Shown here piece by piece: positions 26,555 through 38,100 of a stretch of 64,000 nucleotides of DNA. Origin of the DNA: Cyanophora paradoxa CCMP329 (lineage: Eukaryota; Plantae; Glaucophyta); NCBI GenBank assembly GCA_004431415.1, contig QPMI01000408.1, positions 434,001 to 498,000 of the forward strand, written 5' to 3'. The position numbers were made by a program, and so were the translations under genes. The notes under the pieces were generated by a model. It searched no databases. It saw only the letters and a list, made by a program, of their open reading frames with translations, and was not told the origin of the DNA. The stretch's first letter is position 1; every line of letters starts with the position of its first letter.

Positions 26555-29500
26555 AGCTTCTTCTGAAGACGCCGCCACCGGCAGCGCTGGTGCGAGCAGC
26601 TCCTCCGCCGGAGCAGCTGCCGCCTGCGACGCCGCCGGGACGGCCGCTGCCGCCGCCACCGTCGCCTCTGCCGCCGCCCGCAGAGCCGCTGCAGGGGCGA
26701 CAACACCTTCCGCAACCACGAGCTCAGTCATCCCCGCCGCCTCCGCCTCCGCCACCGCCTCCATGAGCGTTTCCAGTGCTGTCCGCCCAGCCGCTGCTGC
26801 CGGCGCCGCTGGTGCCTTCGGCGACGTCGCCGACCCCGACCCTGTCGCTGAGCCCGCCGCTTCCTCTGGCGCGGACGGCGCTGCCACTCTCGCCGCCCTT
26901 GCCGCCTCCACGATCATTTCCTTCGTAGCCGCCGCTTGGATCACCGCCGCCAGATTCGCCGTAGACGCCTCCGAACGTTCCCGCTTTGCGTCTCTCTCCG
27001 ATTGCGCCGCCACCGTCAACGCAATCGCCTTCGTCACCCACGACGCCTTCCGCACTGCAGGCGCCGCCGTCGCCTCCCGCGAGGCGGCGGACGGCGACGC
27101 CTCCCGTGCCGCGGCCACCGCCGCCGCCTCCCGTGCGGCGGGCGCCGGCGACGCCTCCCGTGCGGCCGGTTCCGGCGACGCCTTCCGCGTGGCCGGCGAC
27201 GCCTCCCGCGCGGCGGGCGCCGGCGACGCCTCCCGTGCGGCGGGCACCGCCGCCGCCTCCCGCGCGGCGGGCACCGCGCCGCCTCCCGTGCCGCGGGCAC
27301 CGCCGCCGCCTCCCGTGCCGCGGGCACCGCCGCCGCCTCCCGTGCGGCGGGCGCCACCGCCGCCTCCCGCGCGGCGGGCACCGCCGCCGCCTCCCGTGCC
27401 GCGGGCACCGCCGCCGCCTCCCGTGCCGCGGGCACCGCCGCCGCCTCCCGTGCGGCGGGCGCCACCGCCGCCTCCCGCGCGGCGGGCGCCGGCGACGCCT
27501 CTTGCGCGGCGGCGGCAGGCGACACCTCCCGCGCGGCGGGCGCCGCCGCAGACGCCTTGCGGGCGCGGCGGTCGGAGAGGCCTCCTGCGCAACCGGCGCC
27601 GCTGCAGCTCCCGCCCGGCGGGCGCCGCTGCATCCCGTGCGGCGGGCGCCGCCGCCGCCTCCCGCGCAGCGGCCGCCGCCATCGCCTCCTGCACGGCGGA
27701 CGCCGCCGCCGCCTCCCGCGCTGCGGGCGCTGCCGCTGCCTCCCGCGCAACGGGCGCCACCAACGACTTCGGCGTGGCGGGCGCCGCCGACGCCTCCCGT
27801 GCGGCATGCGCCACCGCCGCCTCCCGTGCCGCAGGCGCCGGCGACGCCACCCGCGCGGGCGCCGGCGACGCATCCCGAATGGCGGCCGCCGCCGACGCTC
27901 CTGCGCTGCGGACGCCACCGCAGCCTCCTGCGCGGCGGGCGCTGCCGCCGCCTCCCACGCAACAGGCGCTGCCGACGCCTCCCGCGCGCGGGCGCTGTTG
28001 CCGTCTGCCGCGCAATAGGCGCTGCCGCCGCCTCCCGCGCAACGGACGCCACCGACGCCTCCGCGCGGCGGCGGCCGGCGACGCCATCCGCGCGGCCGGC
28101 GCCGCTGCAGCCTCCCGCGCGGCGGGCGCCGCCGGCGCCGCAGCCTGGGACGGAGGCCTTTCCGACGAAGGCCTTCCGGCCGGGGGCACGGGCGCGGGCG
28201 CGGGCGGGGAAGCCGCTGGGCCCTCACACGCGTGCGCCGGGCGCTCGCCCCCTCCGCCGCCCTTCTCTCTCAGCTTGGCCGCCATCATCGCCGCAGGGCC
28301 GACGCCAGCCTTGGGCGTCCGGGGGGCGCCTCCGGCGGCCGGCCTCGGCGCACCCCCCGCGTCCCTCGCCGGGGGCCTGTCGGGGGCGTCACACGGGGAA
28401 GCGAAATGGGAGAGGGGGTACGAGCGCGGCGCACGGGACAAACAGGAGCGAGGGTGCGGAAGCGGACGACGCCGCTGGAGGGGCGGGGCCGCTGCGGGGC
28501 GGTGAGGGGGCGGCAGGGCCACGGGCGACCGGGCGCGCGCACGTGGATACGGTCGCATCGGAGGAGCCGGAGGAAAGCCGGCGGCGGGGCGCGACGCTGA
28601 AGCGCGGGAGGCATCAGCGGCGGACCTCACGGAAGGAATGTGGGGGAGGGCGCACGAAGAAGCGGCCTCGGGGGGCGGGTCCCCGGTGGGGCGCCGGATG
28701 CCCGAGCTGCCCCGCTTGAGGCGGGAGAGGGGTATGTCATCGTCGTCGTCGTCGTCGTCGCTGTCCCGGGCCGCCGGAGGAGGGGCGGGGGCGGGGGCGG
28801 GGGCGGGGCGGGGGCGGGGGCGGGGGCGGGGCGGGGGCGGAGGGGGTACGCGGGGCGAAGCAGAAGACGAGGAAGAGGAGGGACCGCGGGGCGAGGGGAG
28901 GGGGAGGGGCCCGGGCCGCGGCCCGGGGCGAGGCGGCGGCGGGGGCGGGGCGCCGCGGGGCGAGGGGGACGGGGAGGGCGCCGTGGGCGCGGATCGCTTC
29001 ACGAAGATGGCGGGGGCTGGCTCCGGTTCCGGGGCAAGGCGTGGGGCGAGGGGGCGAGGGAGGGCACGCCCGGGATCGTCACTGCGAGGCGCCCCGCCGG
29101 CGCGAGGCGTGGGCGGGCCCGGAGGCCGGCTGGCCGACTCCGCCGGCGGCCGCGCGGCCGGCGCGAGCGCGGGCGCGGGAGGGGTCGCTGGGTGGGCGGC
29201 ACGCGCTGGCGGGTCGGGAGGAGGCGGGAGCGGGCGGGGGCGCCGCGCTCGGGGCGGGCCCAGCAGGCCCTGCCGCCTTCTTCGGGGCGCGGGGGCCGGC
29301 GGGGCTACAGGGGGCGGCGCCGGCGGGTCGGCCCGCTGCAGACCCGGGGCCGGCGGGGCGCGAGGGGCGGACCGGCAGGTTCGCCGGCTGCGGTCTGGGG
29401 AGGCGAGGGGGCCGGGGCGGCGGGGGGGAAGAAGCGACGAGCCGGTCGCTGTCGTTGACGGCGAAGGGGTCGAATCCGGCGGAGGCCCCTTCCCCTTCCC

Positions 29501-31647
29501 CTCATCCCTCGGCCCGCCCCTCCGGCGGTCGGGCCGGAGCCGGGCCGGGGCAGGGGCCGGCTCCGCGGGGCGCTCCGGCGTGGGCGGGGCGGCGGGCCGC
29601 GGGGGGCTCGGCGTCAGCGCTCGCGCGGGGCTCGGGCTCCGCGGCGGGCGAGGCGGCGGCGGCGGCACCGCCGGAGGCGGCGCCGGCAAAGGCACGGCCG
29701 CCTCTGCCGATGCCTCCCGCTCTCCTCGCGCCGCGGCGGCCGCTGCCCTCGGCCTCCCTCGCCAGGCCGCCGCGCGGGCTGCCGGGCGCGGCGCCTCGCC
29801 GCGCCGCTCGCGCCCGCCCCGCCGGGGGCTCACGCTCCGGCTCCGGGCCCTCCTCTGCCGCCGCTCGGGGCTCCGGCTCCTGCTCCGACTGCGGCTGCGG
29901 CTGCGGCGCCGGTCCCGCCGGCCGCCCCGATCCTGGCTCCGGCTCCGGCTCCGGCTGCGGCTGCGGCTCCGGCTGCGGCTCCAGCTGCGGACCCTCCGTC
30001 GCTGCCTGCGCGGGCTGGGGCTCACGCTGCGACTCCGGCTGCGGCGCCTGCGCCCCGGGCTCCGGCTTCTGCTCCGGCTGCGGTCCCGGTTGCCGCCCCT
30101 GCTTCGCTTCGCGTCCCGCTCCCGCTCCCGATCCCGCTCCCACTCCCGCTCCCGATCCCGCTGCAGTGGCTCGGGCGACCGTTCGGCTGCCCGCCGCTTC
30201 CGCTCCGCAGACCCTGCGGGCTTCGTCAGAGGCCGGCCACCGCCGCGCGAGGGCGGACGCTGCAGCACCGATGGCGTTCGTGCTGCGCTCGGACTCCTCC
30301 CGCACCGCCGCCGCGGGGGCGTCTGCGCATGCCGTGCGTTCCACCACTTGGATGCGGGCCGTCACTTCCGCGGCACGGGCCGTCGCTTCGGCGCGAGCCG
30401 CGTCCCGGTACCCTCCCCAGCCCAGGGGCAGGGCAGCCCGAACCACGGCCGCGGCGGCGACGCGGGCGGAGACAGCCGCCGTGGGCGGCGAGGTCGCCGA
30501 TGAGAAAGGAGCCGCAGCCGCCAGCCGCGCCGCGGCGGGCGCGTCCGGCGCTGCGCGTCGGGCCGCTGCCGCGGGCGAGGCCGCCGCCGACGCCGGTGCC
30601 GCTGCGGCTGGGGGGATCGCTGTTGAAGGTGCAGCTGAAGGCCGGACCAGCGTTGCAGGCGAGGCCAGCACCGCGCCGGCGGGCGAGGCCGGTGGCTGCA
30701 CCCGGGTCAGAGCGGGGCGGGGCGGGGCGGGGCGGGGCGGGGCGGGCGGAAGCGCACGGGGCCGGACTTCGCGGGCTCCTCCAGAGACGTGAGGAGGTCC
30801 AGGAGGGCGGCGGCGCTCGAGTCTACTCCCGCCTGCTTTGCCTGCGGCCCGTCAGTCTCCGAGTCGGCGGAGGCGACGGCGGCGGAGGCGGCGCGGGGCG
30901 CGAGCGCACCGCGGGCGGCTGTTCGAGGGGGACGGGTCTGTACTGCGGGGGCGGGTCCTCGGGGAGAAAGATGCCGGCATTCCCGGAGGTCGTCCTCGCG
31001 AGGGGCCGCCTCGGATTCGAGAGCGAGAAGCGGACGGCGGGCTTGCTGGCGGGCGCTTCGCTCAAGGTCGGAGCGCTCGCGGGGGCAGCCGAGCTGCCCG
31101 CCGCGGGCGTCGGCGGCTCATGGATCGGCGGCGGGGGCGGCGGGATCGGCGCCGGCGGCTCCGCCGACGCGGCGGGTGCGGGGAACCGGAGTGGGGAAAT
31201 AGGCGCGCGCGCAGGCGCGGGCCGCGACAGCGGGGACACAGGAGCCACGGCGGGCCGCTCTGCGGCTCTGGCTGGAGCGGCTCTGGCAGTAGGCGCGGTG
31301 TGCGCGGTTTGGCCCTGCGGCGACGATGCTGCGGGCGGGGAGCCGGGCTGTGCGCCGCTGGCTCCAGACGCTGTGAGAAGGTTCGCCCCGCGCGCTTCTG
31401 CATCCTCGTGGCCCTGCAGCAGCCCTCAGCGTCAGGGGCGTCGAACCGCGGGAACCGCGGGAATAGTGGGTGGGCGGGGCGAGCGTGCCTGCAACAAGAA
31501 AGGAGGGGCGGGGAGAGGTTGTGGGTTCGGCAGCCGCACAGTACGCTCCTTGCGCGCCAAGCAGTCCTCCACGAAGAGCGGCAGCACCAGCCGAAGAGCG
31601 CTGAGCCGGTCCGGCGGCGCTGAGCCGCTTCCCAGAGACACTGACAT
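19891..31647 (-). CDS. Large multi-exon hypothetical low-complexity protein (Pro/Ala-rich, RS-repeat block, AREA repeats, Gln-rich segment); may be more than one gene
   Basis: Long minus-strand frames with GT/GC..AG-flanked globular-looking exons (DRLSALRLVLPLFVEDCL; LQLYPCLDDLLILLRNLYDTR; VHAKLREVLQEL..HLYELLGVLSTL; TAFVFPDAMPVRQALAAL). No recognisable domain. Boundaries uncertain. Confidence 0.45.
25431..26190. repeat. Internal tandem duplication, ~410-bp period
   Basis: ggcggcgggagcgacggcggcttcggg at 25431 and 25845; gttgcctccagcgctgcgagcggcgaaggctgcagaggccgcgccacggaggggagtgcgacgg near 25682 and 26121. Confidence 0.8.
27060..28140 (-). repeat. ~27-bp coding minisatellite (AREAAAVPA-type units)
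   Basis: Many gccgcctcccg(t/c)gcggcgggc(a/g)ccgcc units. Confidence 0.8.
29850..30160 (-). repeat. RS/RD/RE dipeptide repeat block
   Basis: ctccgg/ctgcgg and tcccgc hexamer runs that translate as RSRSRS and RDRERE on the minus strand. Confidence 0.7.
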
Positions 31648-32107
31648 GCTTATAGTGCCTCCGCGAGCGATTGGAGGGTGTCGAGGCGAGCGGCGGCGAG
31701 TCCAGAATCTACCAACCGCGAACAAGAGTACGCTCTCGCCGGTGTACGGGCCAGCGAGGAAGCGCTCAAACCACAAGAGCTCATCGTGGAGCTTCTTCCG
31801 CACGCAGGGGCGACGTGGCGGAACTAGCGCCTATTGGTTGTTTTGACCGCTTGGCATTCGCGCTGAGTTGATCGCTCACCGGTGCTCTACAGCGCATTCT
31901 GCAACGCTAGCGCTCTGGGGCCCTGCTGGCGCTGACTGGCCTTGTGCCCGCGACCCACCCCCGGCTGGGCGCTCTGGGAGTTGAACCAGAGCCTTCATCA
32001 TCGTTTGGGGGGTACATTTGTGCCGCAGTGCGCGTGTTCAGTTGCAATGGATGCCCCGGTGCTTCGGTGCCTCTAGCTTGGCATCGGCAGCTGCAGAAAA
32101 GCCTGCA

Positions 32108-35100
32108 ATGACGGCGTCGCCGCAGCCGCAGCCGGCGCCGCAGCTGAACAGTAATGTCTACGTGTCGGCGACGCTGCTGGAGAACGGCGATGTGGATGCT
32201 GGCTTCGTGCTCGCGAGAGTGCGGGCGATTTCGCCGAACGGAGCGTTTCTCACCGTCGCGCTTCCGAACGGCGCGGACGCAAGCGTGCGCCGGTCTGAGG
32301 TTTATGAGCCCAATCCTCCAATTGCCGGCGGAGTGCCCGATATGACGCAGGTAGGCACACCCGATATGCCGCGCCTGCATGCGCGCGCACCGCTGACCGC
32401 TGACCGCTGCATGCATATGCGCTTGCAGCTGACTCATCTAAACGCCGCCGCTCTTCTTCAGAACGCGCGATGCCGATACGAAACTGATCTCATCTACAGT
32501 TCGTCGCCGCTCGCAATCCCAGGGCCGCCAGGCCTGCGACCTCGCGCCGGGCCTGAGCCTTCCGCATGCGCAGCTTACACGGCCTACATCGTGCTGGCGC
32601 TCAATCCGTACAGGCAAGTTGCGAACGCAAGCGCCTCGCCGGGATGGGCCGTTCGCCCGCTAATACGCCAGCAGGCCGCTCCCCATCTATGGTCGGGACG
32701 AGATGGACAGGTCAGCCCGCCGCCCCCTCCCCCCCCCCTTCTTCCCCCCCATCTTTCCCCCTCCCCCCCCCCCCCCTCCTCCTCCTCCTCCCCTCCCCCC
32801 CCCCCCCTCCCCCCCCCCGCCCCCTCCTCCTCCCCCCCTCCCCCCCCCCCCCCCCCCCCCCCCCCTCCGCGAACGTTAACGACGGCGGGGCAGGTACCGC
32901 GGGCGGCCGATGGGTGCCCCGGAGCTCCAGCCGCACGTGTACGCCCTGGCGGACCGCGCTTTTCGTTCGATGAAGGCCGAGAAGCAGAGCCAGAGCATCC
33001 TCATCAGGTGCCGCAGTGCCGCAGTGCGGGCTTCGCCGCCGCTCTGGTAGCCCATGAGACGCGTGCAGCGGCGACTCCGGAGCGGGAAAGACTGAGACCA
33101 GCAAGGTGAGCCAATCGGCCTAGCGGGTGCATCTCTGCTAACTCGCGTTTCCTTCTTCGCAGATTGTGATGCAGTACCTGGCATACGTGGGCAGGGCACC
33201 CGGGGAGACGGAGGAGCTAGGGAACAGGGTCCTGGAAAGGTAATGCACCCCTAGCCGCCTCCGATTTGCCGCGCACCGACCGTCGCCCCCGCAGCAACCC
33301 CGTGCTGGAGGCGTTCGGCAACGCGAAGACGCTCCGCAACAACAACTCCTCCCGCTTCGTGCGCCGTCGCCGGCTTCAGAGTAGCGATGCGAGGCTCCGG
33401 AGGTCCGAACCGGGGAACCGCAGGGCAAGTTCATGAAGATCTTTTTCAGCGCCGAAGGCCTCATCATCGGCGCCGGCATCGACACATGTGAGCCGCCCGA
33501 CCCGGGCGCCGTGCAGGCGCTGCCGCGCTCCGCCCCCGCTCACGGAGGGTACGTCAGACCTTTTGGAGCGCTCGCGCGTGACGCAGCACGACCACGGAGA
33601 GCGCAACTACCACGTCTTCTACCAGGCGCGTCGCCCCTACCGCCTCTACCCCCCGCCCACCCGGCCCCTCCCCCCGCCTGATTTTTACCCCACCCCCCCA
33701 CCCCTCCCCTCTTTCCTCGCCTCCCAATACTACAGCTCTGCGCCGGCGCGAGCGACGCGGAGCGCCGTGCGTGCTTCTCCTGCTATTAGACCCCACGCCG
33801 CCGACCGAGGCCGCGCAGAGCGCTACCGCATCGGCCGGGCGGACGAGTTCAAGATCCTGAGCCAGGTATCTTTCGTCCCGGCAAGCCCGTGCGGTCCTTT
33901 CCTCTCTTCGCAACCCAAAGCCAGTCCTCCCGGCAGGGCGGCTCGACAAAGGTCAAGAGGGTCGACGACGCGGCCGACTTTCATCGCATGCGGGTGCGGC
34001 CGTACCCCCCGCACGAATTTGTACCCCCGTCACGCGCCGCCCAGGAAGCAATGGCGCGTGTGGGGATCGGGGAGGACGACCAAGCGAACGTCTTTCGGTC
34101 TGCCGTACCCTCGTCGCTCGCAGCCTCGCGGCATCGCGGCTTTGGCCGACCGCTCGCGCAGTGTCCTGGCTGCAATTCTCCACTTGGGGAACCTGCGCTT
34201 CGTGACGGCGCCGGGCAGCGGGGGCGAGGCCTCTGTTGTCGAGAGCAAGGGGGCCGACGGGGGCCACCTGCTCGCGGCCGCGGATCTGCTCAAAGTGGAC
34301 CCCGCGGACCTCGAGCAGGCCCTCTGCCACAAGACCATCTGCCCGAGGAGTCCCTCCCGCGACGCCGACGCCGTCAAGCGGAACCTCAAGCCTGCCGAGG
34401 TCCCCCTGAGCGTCTCCCGCACGCGCCTCGCCGCAGCGCCCCCTCACGCGCACTTAGGCGGAGGCGAGCCGGAACGCGCTGGCGCGAGCGATCTACCAGC
34501 GCCTCTTCGACTGGCTCGTCGCTCGCATCAACTCCAGGCAAGGCCCCTTGAAACTTCTCTCTCTCGAGCCAGCGCCCAGACCCGTGCAGCTCACTGCGCG
34601 CCCCGCCCCGCAGCCTCGAAGTGGAGCAACCCTCGCACGAAGACTCGCAGCGGTCGTTTGCTGCGGAGCCGCCCCCAAGCACTTTCATTGGCGTTCTTGA
34701 CATCTTCGGGTTTGAGTCGTTCGAGGTGCGCACGTCTTTCGAACGACTCGAACAAAGGGGCCTCCCTATATATATGGCTAATTGTGTGCGTGTGCAGCGG
34801 AATTCTCTCGAGCAGCTGTGCATCAATTACGCGAACGAGCGCCTACAGCAGCACTTCATTGCCCAGGTGCCCTGTGCGCTGGGAAGAGGGCAGTACACCC
34901 CTCCTAACCCCCCTTCAGGTTTTCAAGCAGGAGGCGGACATCTACGCGCGCGAGGGCATCGCGGTGCGCGGCGGCCCGGGCCGCCTCCGCTGCAGCTTCA
35001 GCTCTAAGCTTCGATCCTCTCGTGCGGCCCACAGGTGCAGCAAGCCGGGTACGCCGACAACGCTGAGACCATCCGCCTCATCGACAAGGTGTGTCCTCCG

Positions 35101-38100
35101 CCCCGGCCCCTGACACGACTAGTGCTCACGACTTTCAACTGGCAGCGGCCCGGGGGCGTCTTCGCGCTGCTGGACGAGGAGTGCCGCCTCCCCGGCGGCT
35201 CCGACCGCGCCCTCGCCGGCAAGATCCACGCCAACCTCGCCTCGTCCGCCCCCGTTGCCTCTCTCCCGCTTCCTTTTGACGAACCTTCTGACTGTGGGCA
35301 GGCACCCTCGGCTGCTGGCGCCGCCCACCAAAGCCCGGCGCGCCCCTTCTCGCACAAAGGACGAGGCATTCATCGTACGCCACTACGCCGCCGACGTGCG
35401 AAGCGCATCCCCTCCCGCCGTCGCCTCGATTCCCGCCGTGGAGTCATGATCATGATTCCCGTCGATTCCCGATTCCTCGTCGTTCTCAGGTGACGTACGA
35501 TGTGGCGGGCTTCATGGAGAAGAACAGCGACGCGCTGCACGTCGACCTGCTTGCCCTCGCTGCCTCCTCCAAGTGTCCCCTCATGCACGCCCTCTTCCCT
35601 CCACCGGCGCCTGCCCCGGGGGCCCGCGCCGAGCATTCGCCCCCCCACTCCATCTGGTCCAGTTTCTCCACCGCCATCGTGGCGCTGCTGCGCTCAATGT
35701 TCCTCGTAACTTCTCCCCGCCCCCACCCATGTCTGACACGCGTACGTTCATCGTCTGACACGGGGACCCCTTCAAGGGCCAGTCGCCCTCCTTGTCCCGC
35801 GTCCCCAGCGTCTGCAGCAAGTTCAAGGTCGGCTGCACGTTAAACTTGCCACTCTCTCCACCGAATTCGAAGCTCGCGTGCACGCGCAGTCCCAGATGGA
35901 CAACCTCATGAAGGACATCGGACTCACTTCAAGCCACTTCATCCGATGCATCAAGGTCTCTTTTCGGACCCTGCCCGACACGCGCCCCGCGCTCGTCTTT
36001 CGTCTCGAAACCGAACGCGAGCCGCCGCAGCCGAACGACGAGCAGGCGCGGCGCCGTTTCCACGGACGTTCGGTCCTCAACCAGCTCCGCGCCAGCGGCA
36101 TGCTTGAAGCCATCCCATTACTCCATGCTGGGCGCGCCCCCTCGTCTTTGCCGCCATCCCGTGCACCCCTCACTCGCCTATACAGCTACCCTACTCGCTG
36201 CACTTTCGAAGCGCTCTATCAGCGGTGCCTGCAGCCCCGGCCCTGACGACCCCACTCCCTGTCTCGGCGCTGACTCGACGCAAGCTACAAGTCGAGCGCG
36301 CCAGAGGCGCTCCGGAAGCTGAAGCCGGCGCGCTTTGCGGAAGTTCTCCTCGTCGCCCTCGGCGTGCCCCGCTCCGACTTCAAGGTTCGAATTCCAGCCG
36401 CGCCGCTTGCTTGGCGATTCAAGCCGCGCACGGGGGCTTACAGCGCGGCAGGTGGGCCTCACGTGCGTCTTCTTCCGCTCGGGCAAGCTCGGCGTCGTCG
36501 AAGAGCTCACCCAGGGCGCCATCGGGTGCGCTCGCGCTCGGGTGCGCTGGGTGTCCCTCCCTCACAGTGGCGCCGGCATGCGCAGGCATCTCGCCGAGGG
36601 TGTAGCTGAGCATCTCATGGGGCTCGCCCGCAAGCGCTGGACAGGGGCCCTCTGGGCCGTCCGGGGCGCTCTCCGATGTACGGCACACGCGCGCGCGCTC
36701 TCTCTCCCGAACTGCACCTAATCATCGACGCCGCCGCAGTCCGACGAGTCGCCCGGCGTGCGCGGGCACTTGCGCGGCTCATCGCATTTGTCCGCGTAGT
36801 GCGGGCAGCTATGCGCGCCTTCCTCCGGCCCTTACGCCGCCTCCGCCTCCGCCGCATCCACATCAGCGCGGCCGCTCTCCTGATCCAGTCAGGTGCGCCA
36901 GCGCCGCACCAGCTTGCGCTGGGCCGCACACCGCATTTGTCCCACTCCGGTGCAGCGTGGCGGACGCATGCAGCAGTGCTGCAGCGGCGCCAGGCATTGG
37001 CGGCGGCACGACTACTGCAGGCGACGTGGCGAAGCCTTGCGGCGCAGCAGTGCCTGACAGAGCGGCGCGCAGAAGCAGCCCTTGCCGCGAGCAGCTTCAC
37101 AGTAATCAACGCCACGGCTGCCGTTGCTGCCGGCGGCCTCATTGACGACTGCAGCGTCACAATCATTGACGGCCTCGCCCCAGCAGCAGCTGCCGATCGC
37201 GACCTTACCCCGGCGACGGCTGCCGTTCCCAGCTCGGCCGCCGCCGCCGACCCCACTCTGTCCACCGCCAAATGCCCTGCCCCGGCCGCCGCCGAAAGCC
37301 CCACTCCTGCTGCCTCCATTGATCCCATCCCGCGGCCGGCTGCTGCTGATCATGACGATCCCACTTCGGCCGCCGCCGAACACTCCTCCCCTGCTACCTA
37401 CGTTGATCCCATCCCGCGCCCGGCTGGAAATGCTGAGGAGGCGGCCGTACCCCCGATCCTTTCTTTCGTACCCCATCGCGTATCCTCGACTGAGCAGGTT
37501 CGGGGCGTTTATACTTTCTTTCAATACGGCACAGATCCGACGCGCTTCTGCAGGCACAGCGGCAAGATTTAGATGGGGAGAAGCGGCCGCGAAGGAGCTC
37601 TGGGCCGGGGTCTGTCACTTCAAGCCTTCGTCAATGGCCTTCTTTGACAGGGTAAGGGATATCTAGGGCTTGCGACGCTTCATGAGGTATATTGATTTCA
37701 ATTCCGCCATCAGCGCTGAAGGGAAGGGCTGGGTCGACGAGGAAAGGAAGCTGGACCTGAGGAACTCGGGGCTGAATGAGTGGCCGACAGCGGAGATCGA
37801 GTCCGTGGGTTCCGGGCTTATAGAAGAGCTGGATCTGCGCGGCAACGAGCTCACAAGAATCCCCGGGGAGGAGATCGCAATGCTGACTTGCCTACAATCG
37901 TTGTGGTTGAGCAGAAACTCGCTGTCGTCCATACCGCCGGAGATCGAGCAGCTCGCGGGCCTCTGCGTGCTCTGGATCAGCAGCAATAACCTGACAACGC
38001 TGCCAGCTGAGATACGGCGGCTTACAAACTTGCATAAGCTTGTGGTGGACAAGAACCGGCTTGTAGCATTGCCACCCGAGATCGACCAGCTGACAGGTTT

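Noticed and set aside
27060-28140. Repeat array resembling CRISPR
   Set aside because: No unique spacers and no cas genes. It is a coding minisatellite in a eukaryotic gene.
19786-31846. Very long plus-strand ORFs (e.g. 25683..28505, 28638..30503)
   Set aside because: GC-rich antisense shadow frames. Splice signals and sensible peptides are on the minus strand.
32711-32870. Poly-C tract read as polyproline, and similar C/G tracts at 46.6 kb and 52.8-53.7 kb
   Set aside because: These lie in introns or intergenic DNA, their lengths are unreliable, and there is no evidence of function.
33070-33093. P-loop GDSGAGKT (E to D) as a sign of a dead motor
   Set aside because: The change is conservative, and GKT, switch I and switch II are intact.
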